This document shows, piece after piece, positions 35,251-48,980 of a stretch of DNA of 64,000 bases. The translations under genes were made by a program, and so were the position numbers. The DNA is from Balanoglossus misakiensis (lineage: Eukaryota; Animalia; Hemichordata), in contig CM082593.2 in assembly GCA_040954595.2 (NCBI GenBank), positions 2,081,830-2,145,829 on the forward strand, read 5' to 3'. The notes below the pieces were generated by a model. It worked only from the letters and a program-made list of their open reading frames with translations, did not search any database and was not told where the DNA came from. Every line of letters begins with the position of its first letter. Position 1 is the first letter of the stretch.

Positions 35251-37529
35251 GGCCTGAAAGCCAAAATGAAACTTTTAATATGTGGCTCCTATCAATTAAA
35301 ATTAAACTATTACACTATTTATATACAGGAAGGTCTCGCTCGCTCTGCGCGCTACACAGGACCGCTCGTCGCGTCGCGGCCTGCCAGATACAATGTATCT
35401 CGAATAGTGAAAATATTTTGATTAAAACAAAAATACGAAGATTTTATTTTAAAAAGCACACGTTTCACATTTAATGGGGACTTATTATAGACGTCACTGC
35501 TCTCTGTCTCGCATTTCGTGGAAAAACGCAATGTTTACTCCGCTGTGGACGCAGACAACGGACGACCATGCTATTTTGGCGCATGTGACGGACCGTCAAT
35601 TTGAACTGACGTTCTTTGATAAAAATGCGAAGTCTATCATAAATACGACACACCACAATGATGAAAATCTGTAAGCACGATAATAATAACCTCATATTCC
35701 ATAACATTTTTGTAAAACTTTTAAAACGTAAGTTTGGAAATGGAATACAAATTTAGCTTCACCAGTTTGAAGAAGCAGACGATATGTGACATGTGACCGC
35801 GCCAGTTCACCAAAGTTGAGCATAAAAAGTCGATGTTCTTGGCGAAAATGCTTTCTCATAAATACCACAATGACGAAAATCTTCCATCATTGGTCACAAT
35901 TCCTGGCGAGTTTGCCAAAATCAACAAGTATACTATACATTTGTAAAACTTAGGCTAGAACACATATTAACATGTACGTACCTTCCAATCTTCATGACTC
36001 ACTGCCCAAATTCTACACGTTCAAACTTTTTATGGGGGAAAATGAATATTCATGAAGACATCTCCTTAATTGGCAGTTCATATACGCGATCATAATCGTA
36101 TTTGGCCAATCACGACCGTGATTTTGATAGGCCAGTGCATGATTGACAATCACACACACGCCCCCCTAGCTTGCTGTGCATGACATAGCATCGTCACTCC
36201 GCGTGATAGGATTCCTTATTTTTGTGGTGAAAAGTGTTGTTTACGATATATCGATAAATTGCAACATTTGGGTGACCTTTAGGTGACCCATGACATTCTT
36301 TCCAATAAGCAGATATCTTGGTACATAGGATGGACCACCTATAAATGAAGTCTAATGCCTTACTACATTAATTACGCACCTTCCTAATTCTTGCCAAGGC
36401 TAACCAAGGGCTTGAAGTCTGGGTTTTCTTGGACATGGACCAGTATGGGACTAACATTTTTGACAAAATCTTTGTGACCTTGGGGTAACTGTTGACCTAT
36501 GTTCCCACCTACTTGTTATTGGTGGGATCTACTTGGATTCCGGTAACTTTGCTAGCAGCTTTAATTAACCACCACATACAAAAACATGTTTTTTTTCCCT
36601 TCTATTTTTTCAAAAGCAGATAAAAACCCTTACAACAACATCAGTAAAGTTTCATCATACTGTACACACAAAAATTATTATAACATTACACAAAATGTGG
36701 GAAGCTTAGTGGTAAAAAAAATCAGTTGATGAAAACATAAACTGTGCAATTTTTAATCAAAGCACGGCAATTTATTTACAAAAATATACACACTATCATT
36801 CTAGGCAGGTAGTGCCGGCATTAAAATATCACCCTAAATTACAATTTCACTGCAGAATTCATAAATGGCCTTTTTCATATTTATAGCAACGAATACACAT
36901 ACATGTAATATGTTACGTTTATGCACAAACACCAGATAAGTGTCAGTATGTAATTATATTTTTGCTACATTTCTTTTATTTATCAATTTAACCTTTGACC
37001 CCTGTCTGGAAGAAAACTTCCAAATGGCATCACAAGTCACCAGGAGGTCAGGGTGCAAAGGTTACAGGAGACAGAATAATTAAAGCTTTCTAGATAAGAC
37101 CAGCTTGACAAGTAGCCAGGTGAAATTTTAAGACAAAGTCTCAAAAAGTAGGTTGGCCTTATGGAATGGATGGGATGAAACTGTAATTAATACAGATACA
37201 ACAGAAAACAGAATCTAAAGTCAAAACAGAACATTAAAAGTTTGTGGATTTATAATTTGATGATTGAATGATCACAGAAAGAGAACAAAATAATTTTACT
37301 ACGTCTTGAAAGCTTAATTCATTTATAATCATAAACTTTTATTGTTGATAACATCTATAAAATGATCTGTCGATTTTTTTCTGAGAGATATACTTAATTA
37401 TTATGACTCAACATCATACAATCTGCCAAGTGCTGTGATTGGTGGATAGTTGTCTTCCATAGACTTTGCTTCATCAATGTGATTATTAATAACTCATAAT
37501 ACATTTCTTCAGCTGTTGAAACAAGTAGT

Positions 37530-40273
37530 TTATGTCTTCTTGGGTCCCGTGTACTTTGCGTTCTTTGGTACAACACCACCTTCGATAAGACTGTACCCCA
37601 TATCAATCATGGTATCGTCCATATTTCGTGGCTGGATCCCAAGAACCTGGGTCATCTGTGTTATTTTGAAACAAAATGCCCTGGATTTAGTATGGACCTC
37701 GAAAATCAACATCTTAAACCCCTTCTCTTATTTGCTGCAGGTAACTTTCGAATATCAGTCAGCAGAAGAATACGATCATACATGAATGTACTTACTCTGG
37801 TGTTATCAAACACTACGGCCTTTCCAATGTAAGGTAGCATAACTCTCGCAGTTGCTTGAAATAATGCTAGAAATCGTATAAAAAACTTGGGAATGACAAA
37901 CGTGGGTACGTTGTAACCTGTATTTAAAAGAAAAGTATGATTTGAACTGAGAGTCAAGGAAAGGCGTAGGCCTACACAATTGATCAAGTTTCTTCCCTGG
38001 TCTTGAAGTTAAACCATAATATATCAGTATTCTCGAAACTTTGGTTAGAGTTGATCAAAATTTCCGCGTCTCAGCTAAAATAGAAATTGCACAGCAGACA
38101 AACAGTTCGGATAGCACGCGTCGACATGGTGGCAATCAAGCGATCGTCATTGTTTGGCTAATTAATAATTTAGATTCTGACAACTCTGATTAGCCCATTA
38201 CTTTACGCACACCTGGAACAGGTAGACCACAGCATTGTGATTGGCCAATTACGGTGCATTCTTGAAACAGGTGTGCAGTCGAGACGCTCCAGACAATTTA
38301 CGTTGACCCGGGCGTTCACCATGTTATGTGTGTCCGCATCTCGGACGGATCTCTAAACATTTTTATTCTAAATCAACTATGTGAGCAGTAAGATTATTTT
38401 TAATAAAATGATAAAAAGCAAAAAATATACAGCTGACCATTTAAACATTACGTGCCTTGTGGTTTGAATTCCTTCTCTAAAATAAGTGCATAGTCCTTCA
38501 ACCACAAACTTTGAGAAGCCAGGATGTGCCTATTACCTGGAACAAATAAATAAATAAATAAATGAATGAATGAATAAACGAACGAACGAACGAATGAACA
38601 AATAAGCAAGCACACAAATCATTAAGCAAACCAGGCACCAAACATGAGGATTGTGCTTATTATAAGCGCAAAAGACGTCGCCGTACCCTACATCTGATTT
38701 TAATCACATTAGATAACAATATGTGTATTTACCGACAGCTTCGGGAATACTCATGGCGTTGACATGCGCTGTTGCAACATCCCTGACATCAACGAAAGGA
38801 AAGTTTATCTGCGCAAGACCAGGCATTTCCCTCATCAGCAACTTTTTGGTAAAATCCACTGAAGTACCGTATGCTCCACTCAACAGTTGTGGACCCATGA
38901 CGAATCCTGGATTGATCACTGCAAGTTCAAACTTGTCTTTATCTGCAGTAAAAATCAAAGGAAGGTTTTAGCCACACCTGTTGTGCAAATATGTCCTGTG
39001 TCAAATAAAAATGATCTCCCATATAAACTGCCTGGCCAAAAGAGGAAAGTGTACTTGGAAGCACAAAAAAGTACAAACCTGGTAAATTTTCCACGAAATC
39101 CCAGGCGGCCCTTTCGGCCAACACTTTACTCTTTTCATAGGCTCCTATTACGTCTGTATCGGGCCAGTCGGCTTCGGTGAATGTGTGGTTTGCTTGCGGC
39201 CCTGTAGATCAAGTTTGTGAAATTATGTATTTACGTAAAAGATTATCTTATACATGTACATGTATATTCATTTGCTTCAGAAATAGACGCAGGGGGTTGT
39301 CAAACGTTATTATACAGAGTCGTCTCACCTAAAATAGCTGCCATGGAGCTGGTCAACACCACACGTTTGACGGTGCCTGCTTCTTGGCAAGCTCTGAGAA
39401 CATTGAGAGTGCCCTCTACTGCTGGTTTGATGAGGATGTTTTCATCACTAGGCTTGTCAGCTGGGAACGGGCTTGCAACGTGCATTACGTGACTACAACC
39501 TTCTACAGCACTGTAAAAGTATATGGGTATACACTTCATATTATACATTCATGGGTTCGTGTACACGACTGCAGTAGGCGTATTTTCTTAAAAGAAACAT
39601 TGGGGTAGTCCTTTCAGATACATTTATTTGCTATAGCTGGAAAATTTCACTCACGCCTTCCAAGTCTCTGGTTTGAGTAAATCAGCTTCCACAAGTTCCA
39701 GTTCATGCTTGGCGTCTGGACATAACTTTCTCAGAGGTTCAATTTTTGACTTGTTCTGTAAACTCCTGACGGTTCCTCTGACTCGGTAGCCCGCCTTCAA
39801 GAGTTGTTGGGCTACATGTGCGGCTATGTAACCTGATGCACCGGTTACTAAAACCACTGATGGATAGAATATATAAGCAGACATCATACTCAGTAATTTC
39901 AGGTGAACGAAGATGATGATAATGATGATGATGATGATGCATGTCTATATATCCACCTCTTGACTATGAAACCCCCAGAATCACAATTAATTAGGGACAA
40001 CGACCAAGACTGAACTGGCCAAGCAGACAGAAAACTTTGCCGAGTCATCGTGTAACAGCTGAATTTCCCATTGAACGAACGCTCCAACCTTGTACTTTAG
40101 ACTGTCCGATTAACACACATCGTGCGAGTATAACATGTAAAATTCAATGTGCTGTCCTCCTTCCATGTCCCTAGGTTTTACACCAGGTGGTTGCCGGCCC
40201 CGTCAACTTTAAAAGTAGATATAAGAAACTTACGGTTCACTCCGTCCACAGCCACTGTTTCGCTGCTTGCCAT
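37530..40273 (-). CDS. Extended SDR epimerase/reductase, copy 2 (inverted paralog of 11189-14009); exons 40273-40234, 39856-39655, 39510-39329, 39201-39079, 38942-38733, 38536-38456, 37917-37796, 37655-37530; ~361 aa
   Basis: Same motifs ([23 protein letters not shown]) and the same intron positions and phases as copy 1; exon sizes 202, 182, 81 and 122 are identical; intron 6 needs a GC donor. Confidence 0.92.
38180..38360 (+). mobile_element. Dispersed non-coding repeat fragment (copy A) in SDR copy 2 intron 6
   Basis: Aligns with 48800-48980 (CACACCTG.AACAG.TAGACCACAGCA.TTGTGATTGGCCAATTACG...CTCCAGACAATT...GCATCTCGGACGGAT); this intron is 538 bp versus 159 bp in the paralog. Element class not determined. 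Confidence 0.65.
38543..38610. repeat. Compound tetranucleotide microsatellite (AAAT)n(GAAT)n(GAAC)n(AAGC)n
   Basis: Direct reading; abuts the exon-6 acceptor of SDR copy 2. Confidence 0.9.
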
Positions 40274-43200
40274 GATTGTGGTAAATGTTACTTCTCACAA
40301 GCTTGTAGTGTACTAGTAGTCAACTGTTCGCTATAAGGGTAACGTAATACATGTACCAATCAGCACATTTTCATGCAAATAAGCCCTTGGAAAGGTCTTT
40401 GAACCGAATATGTTCTTTGCTTAAATACTTTTGGGAAGATACACGAACGCCTGGTTTACATAAAGATTAATAATTAATAAATGTCTTCTCAGTCGAGAAT
40501 TTCAAGAGATGTGTGGTATATCTGTCTTTCACAGAACATTTAGCGTCGGAAAGCTGTTTATGTTTCAGCCAGTGTACCCACAGTGGATGCGCCAGGTGAT
40601 TCAAAATACCTTCGGCTGAAATTTGAGAAAATAGGTCAGAGAAAATAGGCCAGATGTTGTCGCTCTGTGAAAATGTGTCCGTCACTCATTGCTAGCTTGG
40701 CAGAATATCGAATCGTCCTCTGGAGTCTAATCCGGTATTAAGTTACGAAATGACCGCGCGGGCGGTTACCATGACGTAAGCGTCACAGTCTACGTGGATG
40801 CCGAGAAACTCATTTTGTATTCGGGCATATCCGTCGCCCTTGGCGCTTCCTTATAATTACAATATTAGAAACAATCGCATGAAAGTATGCTTTTTGCATT
40901 TTTGATCCGCGTAATTATTAACTGAGGTAATTCAATGGTCATAATTTTACACAAAAGCAAGGTGCCTTGACATGATTTCACACTTGTCATAATATAATTA
41001 TCTTTTAATTTGATTGTCGTCATTGAAGTAATGGATTGCTTGTTTTAACGTGGTTTATTAAATCACAAAATGTCAGCGATCGAATGAAATACGGACTATG
41101 ATTGCTTACGGAGAGCTTCTATACTTAATAGGGTCACACTAGAGCTGCAGTTGAAGCAATTGTCGGTATTTGTTAAAGCCGCAGTATAAACTCTCAATTT
41201 TTGGCTATTTTCTCAGTATTTTTCTCGTATGTATCAACTCCGGTTTCTTGTTCTACTCTGTGTAGCTTTTAGGAAATATTCAGTCTTTGGCGTTTCAACT
41301 ACACCCTACATATTATCTCCAATACCCCCGCCCTTCTTTCCTAACGAGAAATGAAGAGTAATGCCCCACTGGCAAGTAGCTGTGTGTCTGTCAATTCTAC
41401 TGAGGGTAAATCCCTCCCAGCGAAATCATGTCATCAGTAATTATCCGCCGGAGGAGGTTCAGTTTCGCCAGCTAGAATGAGTGACGTCATTGCCCGTGTC
41501 ATGTTCCGGGTTTTTATCCCAACAAATTCGCTGAATAGAGTTTCAGGTCGGAGAGGAAAGTATCACTCCGGGAATCGAGCTAGATGCTCACCTATCTTCA
41601 TCATCTAAGAATGTAGTTGTAATCGAATTAATTTTTATAAAACTAAGAGCATAAGTAACCGACTAGTCGATGAATACATAGGTACTCACTTCTGGTGAGT
41701 CTGCCGTGGGTTGGAATTAAATCAGACAGCCTTCTCGACTGCCCATGATAAACATGTCATTTAGGGAAAATTACTTGTATCTTCATGACCTGAAAATTGC
41801 ATTTTCCTCAGTGATTCAGGGCTAGGGCATATATATTCTTTACATACATATTCTTTAACCCAGGCCTGTGTCTGGCTGTTATCTTCAATCCTATCTTGTC
41901 AGTCCGAATAGAAAAACAAAGTTTGGCTGAGGAAAGTGTCATGGCATATTAGTATATGCCTCAGATGTAAATTTGGAATAGCCAACTTTGATTTTCTTGT
42001 AACACTGATCAATTCTGCTATCTTGATATTCACGACAACTTTTGACATTTCACATTCAAGGTTGACATACAATGTTCAGAGCTTGACAGCAATTTGCATG
42101 TAATAATAATTTGAATGTAACAAACCGGGCCGTCACTTTTCGTTAGCTGACACGCGGGTTGATGGGAAGTAATAGAGCTTACTGCGCGTGTAGCCTTTTG
42201 TTCTGCGCACGTAGAGCAGCGCAAGCCACAGGTGTATGGAAAGCCACAGCTAGCTTGGGGGTAAATCATTCCGTGGATTGAGTCTGAACTGGAAACATCG
42301 ATAGAAGTCGAATCTCTTACAATAGACACGCTGCTCGATTTTTTCCATCTCGACAAACAGGTACGTGTGTCTGGGATTGATAATTTCTAGGGGAGGGGAG
42401 TCACACGCCAGATGATCAGTTTATATTATATTTTTCATGAGTTGGAACTAAATATGGGAGTTCTCAAGGCGTGCACAGCGAGATTATAACACGTAAGGGT
42501 TATGACAGTTGGCTAGTGGCCTCCGATTAACTAAAGTCTTCGATTACCGTGTCGACCGAAGATTTGGTTTTGTCAGTGTTGTAAAAGGAAGACGGTTAAA
42601 TTTAACGGGTCGAAAAACACCTTTCGAATTTCAAAACGTTCTCTCAAAACAAATCAATGTCACGTTTCCTTTCAATATCACTTCCATCGTCGTAAATTCA
42701 ACCACTATTCCCTTTTGAAGTAAATCCCATTACACCAGTTCAGCCTTGAATGACTATTACCATGCATGGTAAATATTTTTTTTGCGGCTCGCAGTACGTA
42801 GAAGACATCCATGAAACTTTAAATGTTAGGAACATCGTCGCGCACACGTCATCACAAGGCTTATTTTTTTCTCTGCGAAGAGCGTAACACTAAACCATCA
42901 ACATGTTCTCCGCGGACGACAGAACTCAGAAATCGCTTCTAAATGCTCTTTATTGCCGTGGGCTGATTAAATTCAACCTAGTAAAATGGTATCTGCAAGC
43001 ATAAAATTACTCCAATCCCACTGGGAGATCCATAAAATGCTGGACAGCGTCTCTATATATGAGCTTATGGTATGAAACTTGGCTGTGTTGAAGCCGAGAG
43101 CTTTAGAATGGTACCTTTGCCAGATGCTGTAAAAACACAGCGACATCGTTGTTGACAGTAAGAGGAAAACCATGGGATACTGAATTCAACTCTAATAACA

Positions 43201-44795
43201 GTAATGTTTATACTGTCTATGAGTATGTATTATGTGCAGGGCTGTTGTTAATATCATTCGTAGAATCTAAAATACTTCTTTATAATCCTTTGTATATTTT
43301 ACATGCGATAGTGCACATATTATGTTGACTTAACATTATAAAATTTCGCTTAATCGATGTTTTACAGAGGTAGCCAGTAAATATGTTACATTTCTATGAA
43401 TTAATTAACTTCATACGGGAAATGGTGTTGTCGAAATCTGTTTTATGATCTTGGGTGGGCTCATGAACATCTATAATAACCTTTTTAATAAAATATGTAA
43501 AATGATACTAAAGTTGTCCGGTTAATTATATTGTATTCCCACTCTTAGTAACAAAAATGAAAATGGTGTTTATCTAGGGTTTGTCTATAGCAACGGTTTC
43601 CATAGTTACTGGTTTGTTGTTGTTGGCATTACAAAAGATTCATGACGGGGACGTGCTTCGTATATGCGTGGTACAGTTGGTGAAATATTGCATAGTTTTG
43701 CTGTTGCAGAGATGTGGCATGGTGTAGGTATATGTAACCATACATAGTAATGCCTATCCTTACAATGGACAAAAGCTGAGCCAAAGGTTGGACTCAGAGT
43801 TCTGGGAGGCAATTATCGCTTCATTTCGAGATTCGCTCACAAATTCTAATGACAGCGGTGAGCGAACTACACCTTGAACTTGTTTCCAATTATACTGGCC
43901 TTAATTACATTCATATACGACAACAGATCGATTAGCACATTTCTGCTAGGACAACGTTGATTTATATCATCACAAGGAAAGGTATGCATCCGAGCTGTAT
44001 CGACATTTTTTAAACGACCTTGATTAGATAAAAAAACACGACACCTTCAGTCTAATTAATGGACATGGATTGAGGTGTTTGACTGCCGGTTATATTCTAT
44101 GTGTGATGATACTGAACGTACACTATGACGTCTGTGACACTCGTCAGAGCGCCCTAAGACATTGACTCTTTCCCCGGCACGACAAGGGGGAAACACGCGC
44201 AGTGTCTGTCACCGTAGAACGGTAAACACATCCCGTTAATGAAACCCTATTATAACCCTAGTAAGTCAATACATCTCTGTGTGAACAACGTTAATTCGAC
44301 CCCTCTTAACGTATTAACAGTAAACACAGCCATACGACTATTCTGCAGACGGGGAATGAAAAACCAACCCCACAAAATGTAATTCCGCTTGAGTTGGAAT
44401 CGCATGTCAGGAGAAAGGTGTTGGTGTTTAAGTTTCATATGTCACCCGGTCATGGATCATTGACTAAACGCTGGAGAATCCAATCACATGAATCTACCAA
44501 CATCTATCTCAGTAAAGATTCATATTGTATGAGACTCTTTCACGAAAAGGTTCATTCTTACAACAGGTAAAATTGAACAAAGTTCCGTTTTCAAATCTAG
44601 ATCTACCCTTCTAGTGACCGACCAACGCAATGCAAATCCGGAGGAAATTTATTAAAACCGACATAGTTTTACAATTCTTTGAGGATATCACATGAAAAAC
44701 CTATAATGACAGGTGATTGGTTGGATTTCATTCAAAACATGATCATACTTCTGAAACCATAGCAACAAATGTTTCCTTTGGTTATCGCTTTTTCT

Positions 44796-44928
44796 TGACG
44801 TAACTTGCACGTCACATTGCGGAGTTCTCGTCAGATGATGACGTCACATATAAATGCTCAACCAACGGCAGACCTCTAGTGTCTTGGCCGCAGTAAGTCG
44901 GTGATTTTCTATCACATTAAAGGTATGT
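44796..44928 (+). promoter_or_regulatory. Candidate CRE+TATA core promoter and non-coding first exon of the GPCR gene
   Basis: Perfect CRE TGACGTCA (44839-44846) followed 2 bp later by TATAAA (44849-44854), extra TGACGTAA/CACGTCA sites just upstream, donor AAG|gtatgt at 44922; downstream acceptors at 47030 and 47585 and a donor at 47465. Confidence 0.5.
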
Positions 44929-47744
44929 GGGATTAATTCAACTTTCTTCGCCTCACCCTCGGCTATTTCCTATTTAATTAGTCCAATTTTCATCTCGATA
45001 TAAAATAATTTTTCTCAAGGCTACACTCTGTTCATTATGCGATTTCCGTTGACTTATAGCCACACTTTGATCACTCTTTCTACAAAAAAGCCCTGCTGCA
45101 CGGAAAGTTTTCTGTCCCGAAGAAACAAGAATTTACAATCAGAAATGGATTAGCATACACTGAATAATTTATTCAATGACATGTGCCAGTTCGCTCGAAA
45201 TCACGACCAGCTGTAAAATTACCATGTTGACTTCCAGAAATAGCCACTGACTGGCTTGTTTGACACAAGACGTGCACGAAGTATCGACACTCATGGGCAA
45301 GATTAAATATTGATAGAATAAACGCACACTCGTGGACGTGGCAAAATTAGAGCAACGTATACTTTTTACGTCGTGTAGGACGCTTTATTATAAAAACGGT
45401 TTTAGTCTACCTTGGTTTCTTTAGCTTTGTCAGATTTTCTTGTGTGTGCACACACTTTGTTTTATACGATTCACAGAAAAAAAACTTTCCATTGATTTAC
45501 AAGTCTTTGGGGGTAAATATTATCTCAACAAGAAATAAGCAATCAAAAATATGGAGTCACAATAAGATAGTCTCCAAGTCAATAAAACATCTCCTCTCGT
45601 CAAAGGAAACAATGTTGTTGATGCTTTAGACGACAGAACCACTATCAATTTACGATTTATAGTGTTTCGTGAGTTCAAAGTGATCTATCACAATTTTCCA
45701 CTTGGGATACTCAGCTGTCACGTTTTGCTTTATGAATTTTATAAAATATTGGGGAATATTTCTGTTCCCGTTACATGTGTTGCCAGCGTGATAGAGTTTT
45801 CCATGGCAATTTATATTCAATTATAGATTCGTACAATAGACGTTGTTCTTGCAGGTGTATTTTTATAGATAACTTAACACTGTCATAGTTTCAATATCCC
45901 CATCTTTGAATCACAATTGTCTGAATATGAATATAACATCCTAATATTTTTCCGATCATGGAGCGGTTATCAACTTTTTTTCAGTCGCTCCGTGATATTA
46001 TCAACATGATCATGATTATATTACTTTGCCATAGCAACGATGATGTGGCCGGGTTTCCATGTGTCGAAATCAATTTGATTTTATGATTTTATTTGTGACA
46101 AGATTGACGTACAACTGATGTGTCAAAATAGGAACACACGCGGCATAATGGTCATCGCTTGACGGCAGTGATCAATTTCAGTACCAATTATCGGTTATGG
46201 TGAATGCATATAAAGATGGTTTGATGTAGCCATCGTACCATTTTATCGTCTGTCATGTTTTGAAATTTAATCATTTTGTTATTGCACAAAGGTGTCGTAG
46301 TTTGATCAGACTGGATAAAAAGGAGTAGAAAAGCGATATGTATATTTGATATTTTTCATATTACTTGTCATTGTATTTACCTTTATAACACTGCGTATCT
46401 GCTCTGTACGCGTTAATAAGGTTATTCACAAAATGCGGTCATGTTTGGATGAGGTTACCGTGTGCAAAGTACCGAACCAAAAGTTGTTGAGCATGTGAAT
46501 AGTTTGAATGTCGTCATTATATTGTACTCACTAAGATGTTGCCTTTTGCTTTATAAACACATTGAAATACCGGTAGGCCTATATTATTTTCGACATGTTG
46601 AGGTCACGTTTATCTGCAGTGCTTGAAATATTTACAGCAAATTTCCTGACAAGAATTGACGTTGTGTGTGATGGAAGGTAGATTTACAGCAAAGGAAATC
46701 AAGAACTTCCGTGATCGTCTGCAGCAGCAGTCCGTGTCTAACCTGTGTTTCTCGCAACCCCGACAGATTCGATCGCTCTCTGACGGACCGAAGAAGATAA
46801 ACATGTTATTTGAACACAGCCAATACATTCACCCCGTTCAAGTACCGCTAAATTAAAATCCATTCCAAACTCGTTTAGATTCATTTAGTGGTAATTGGCG
46901 ACGGTGAATCACATCAAATAACATGGGTCCGTGAATACAAGTATTTTATTTAGCGATTAACTGACTTGACACGGCCGCTAATCCATCGCACAAAACTACG
47001 CATTGAATAGTTTATTAGTTTTTTCTGCAGGTTGCCATCTTGATCTGTTTATCTATTCATCCAAAATGCACTTAGATTTACACAGAAGCTGACTCTGATT
47101 GCCCAAGAGAAAGCGAGCAGCGCTCCCCAGACCTTTGCTTATTAAGAAATCGATTGCGTCTAAACTAAGAGGCCGGGTTTATCGACCGCAAATAAGTTTT
47201 TCTAACGGTGATTCAAATGGACGCACAATAAATAATAATTACCAAGAGTTCCATGCATAGTTTACGGCTGGAACACCGTCGTGCCCCGTGGGGATACGTA
47301 TACAAATAAAATAGGCGGTCTATATTAATGGTTCCAAAATCCCCGCGTCGGCGAATTCTCGTCGAACAAGTAATACGTGACACGGCAGCAATGATTCTAA
47401 TTTAGGGTGTAATTCCCTCGTACGTGCGTTCTGCGCAGTTGCGGGGAGAAAATTCACCTTGACAGGTGAGTTGGGTGTTATTCATAGAACGGATTAAGCA
47501 GCTTGCAGCGTCAAATGTGACTTTGTTTTCTTTTTACCCTTAATGCATTTACCAACCTGGCGTTTTTGTCTCTCTGTTGTCTTAGAGATCTCCTGGCGTC
47601 CAGAATTGGATGTAGCTGTTAATACAACGGGAAGGAGCTGCTCCCGTGGGAAATCTGTTGGAAAAGACTGACTTTTTACGGGGAATCGCTTTCGAATAGT
47701 TTATCGTATAGCTTTGCATCAGGAGAGGAAAAACGTCCACTACG

Positions 47745-48746
47745 ATGGATGGTTTTAACGAGAGCGCATCTCAGAACACCTCTGCCGCCGACCAAGGTGT
47801 CTCAGTGTCGTGGGACTTCATCGATGCTACACTCGTGTCCTTTGGTGTGCTCGGCGTCATCGGGAATATGATGGTTTTCGTAGTGTTCCTCGGGGTCCGG
47901 CAACTCAGGAAGGTGATTACTAACTATTTCATCGTCAGTCTTGCCCTGGCGGATCTGATCGCTTCTTTGTGTCTCGTCTCTCAGCGGGCCCTGCTGAAAT
48001 TCCCCGTGCCGAGCGGCGTGGCTGGACTTCTCTTCTGCAAGTTCATCTACTCCGAAGTGTTCTTCTGGATCAGCGTTGGAGCGTCAACTTTGAATCTTCT
48101 CGGTGTCACCTGCGAGAGATACCTAGCCATCGTCCATCCGCTGCGCTACAACTCGTTCTTCTCGCACGAAAGAGCGCTGTACGCGGTCTTGCTCAGTTGG
48201 ATTGTCGCTGTCGTCGTTGAGATCTTCGCATTCATCATTTACGGTTACGACGGCACGTACTGCGTGGTGTACTTCCCGACAACGGCCGCCGCAATCGCCA
48301 ACGGGATGATCTATTTTTTGACGACGTACCTCATCCCGCTTGTTGTAATGACCATTTGTTATTTGAGGATTGTTCAAAACCTGAACAAAGGTTTCTCCGA
48401 CCTGGTGGCATCCAGACACGCGGACAAAGAGAGAGCGCTGGACTTGTTGAAAGCTCGGCGGCGAGTTGTCAAGATGCTCTGCATCGTGGTCATCACCTTC
48501 TTCGTCTGCTGGACCCCCAGTCAGATCATCTTCTTAGCAAGTTTCGGCTTTGGGGTCGCCATCCACCAAGAAGACGCCATCTTTAAAGCTTTCACGCTTC
48601 TGGCGTTCAGCAACTCTTGTATCAACCCGATCATTTACGCCTTCCGAAGTCGACAGTTCCGAGAAGGCGTTTCGACGGTTTTCTGTCGGAGAGGTACGAA
48701 AATCACCCCTACTTACGGCATGGAGTCAAGCAACAACACTCCGTAA
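47745..48746 (+). CDS. Intronless rhodopsin-class (class A) GPCR, peptide-receptor-like (galanin/allatostatin/somatostatin-receptor-like), 333 aa
   Basis: 7 hydrophobic segments; GN (TM1), TNYFIVSLALAD (TM2), CERY (TM3), CWTP (TM6), NSCINPIIY (TM7); N-terminal N-glycosylation sequons NES and NTS. Ligand class is inferred only. Confidence 0.95.
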   Translation: MDGFNESASQNTSAADQGVSVSWDFIDATLVSFGVLGVIGNMMVFVVFLGVRQLRKVITNYFIVSLALADLIASLCLVSQRALLKFPVPSGVAGLLFCKFIYSEVFFWISVGASTLNLLGVTCERYLAIVHPLRYNSFFSHERALYAVLLSWIVAVVVEIFAFIIYGYDGTYCVVYFPTTAAAIANGMIYFLTTYLIPLVVMTICYLRIVQNLNKGFSDLVASRHADKERALDLLKARRRVVKMLCIVVITFFVCWTPSQIIFLASFGFGVAIHQEDAIFKAFTLLAFSNSCINPIIYAFRSRQFREGVSTVFCRRGTKITPTYGMESSNNTP

Positions 48747-48799
48747 CACCACAAACTAAGACCAGACGATAGATAGGGTAATTTATTTTGACCCTCACT

Positions 48800-48980
48800 A
48801 TTCTGATTGGCCAATTAATTTCCACACACCTGAAACAGATAGACCACAGCACTTGTGATTGGCCAATTACGCTGTGCAGTGTTGGTACAGGTGTCCAACG
48901 TAGACACTCCAGACAATTAGCGGTGACCCCGAGCGTTCACCCTCTAATGTCTGTCTGCATCTCGGACGGATATCTAAACT
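48800..48980 (+). mobile_element. Dispersed non-coding repeat fragment (copy B), just 3' of the GPCR stop
   Basis: Homologous to 38180-38360, same orientation. Confidence 0.65.

Noticed and set aside
41172-41320. TTAA-AG terminus resembling a non-autonomous TTAA-targeting DNA transposon
   Set aside because: No matching inverted terminus found in the window; left unannotated.
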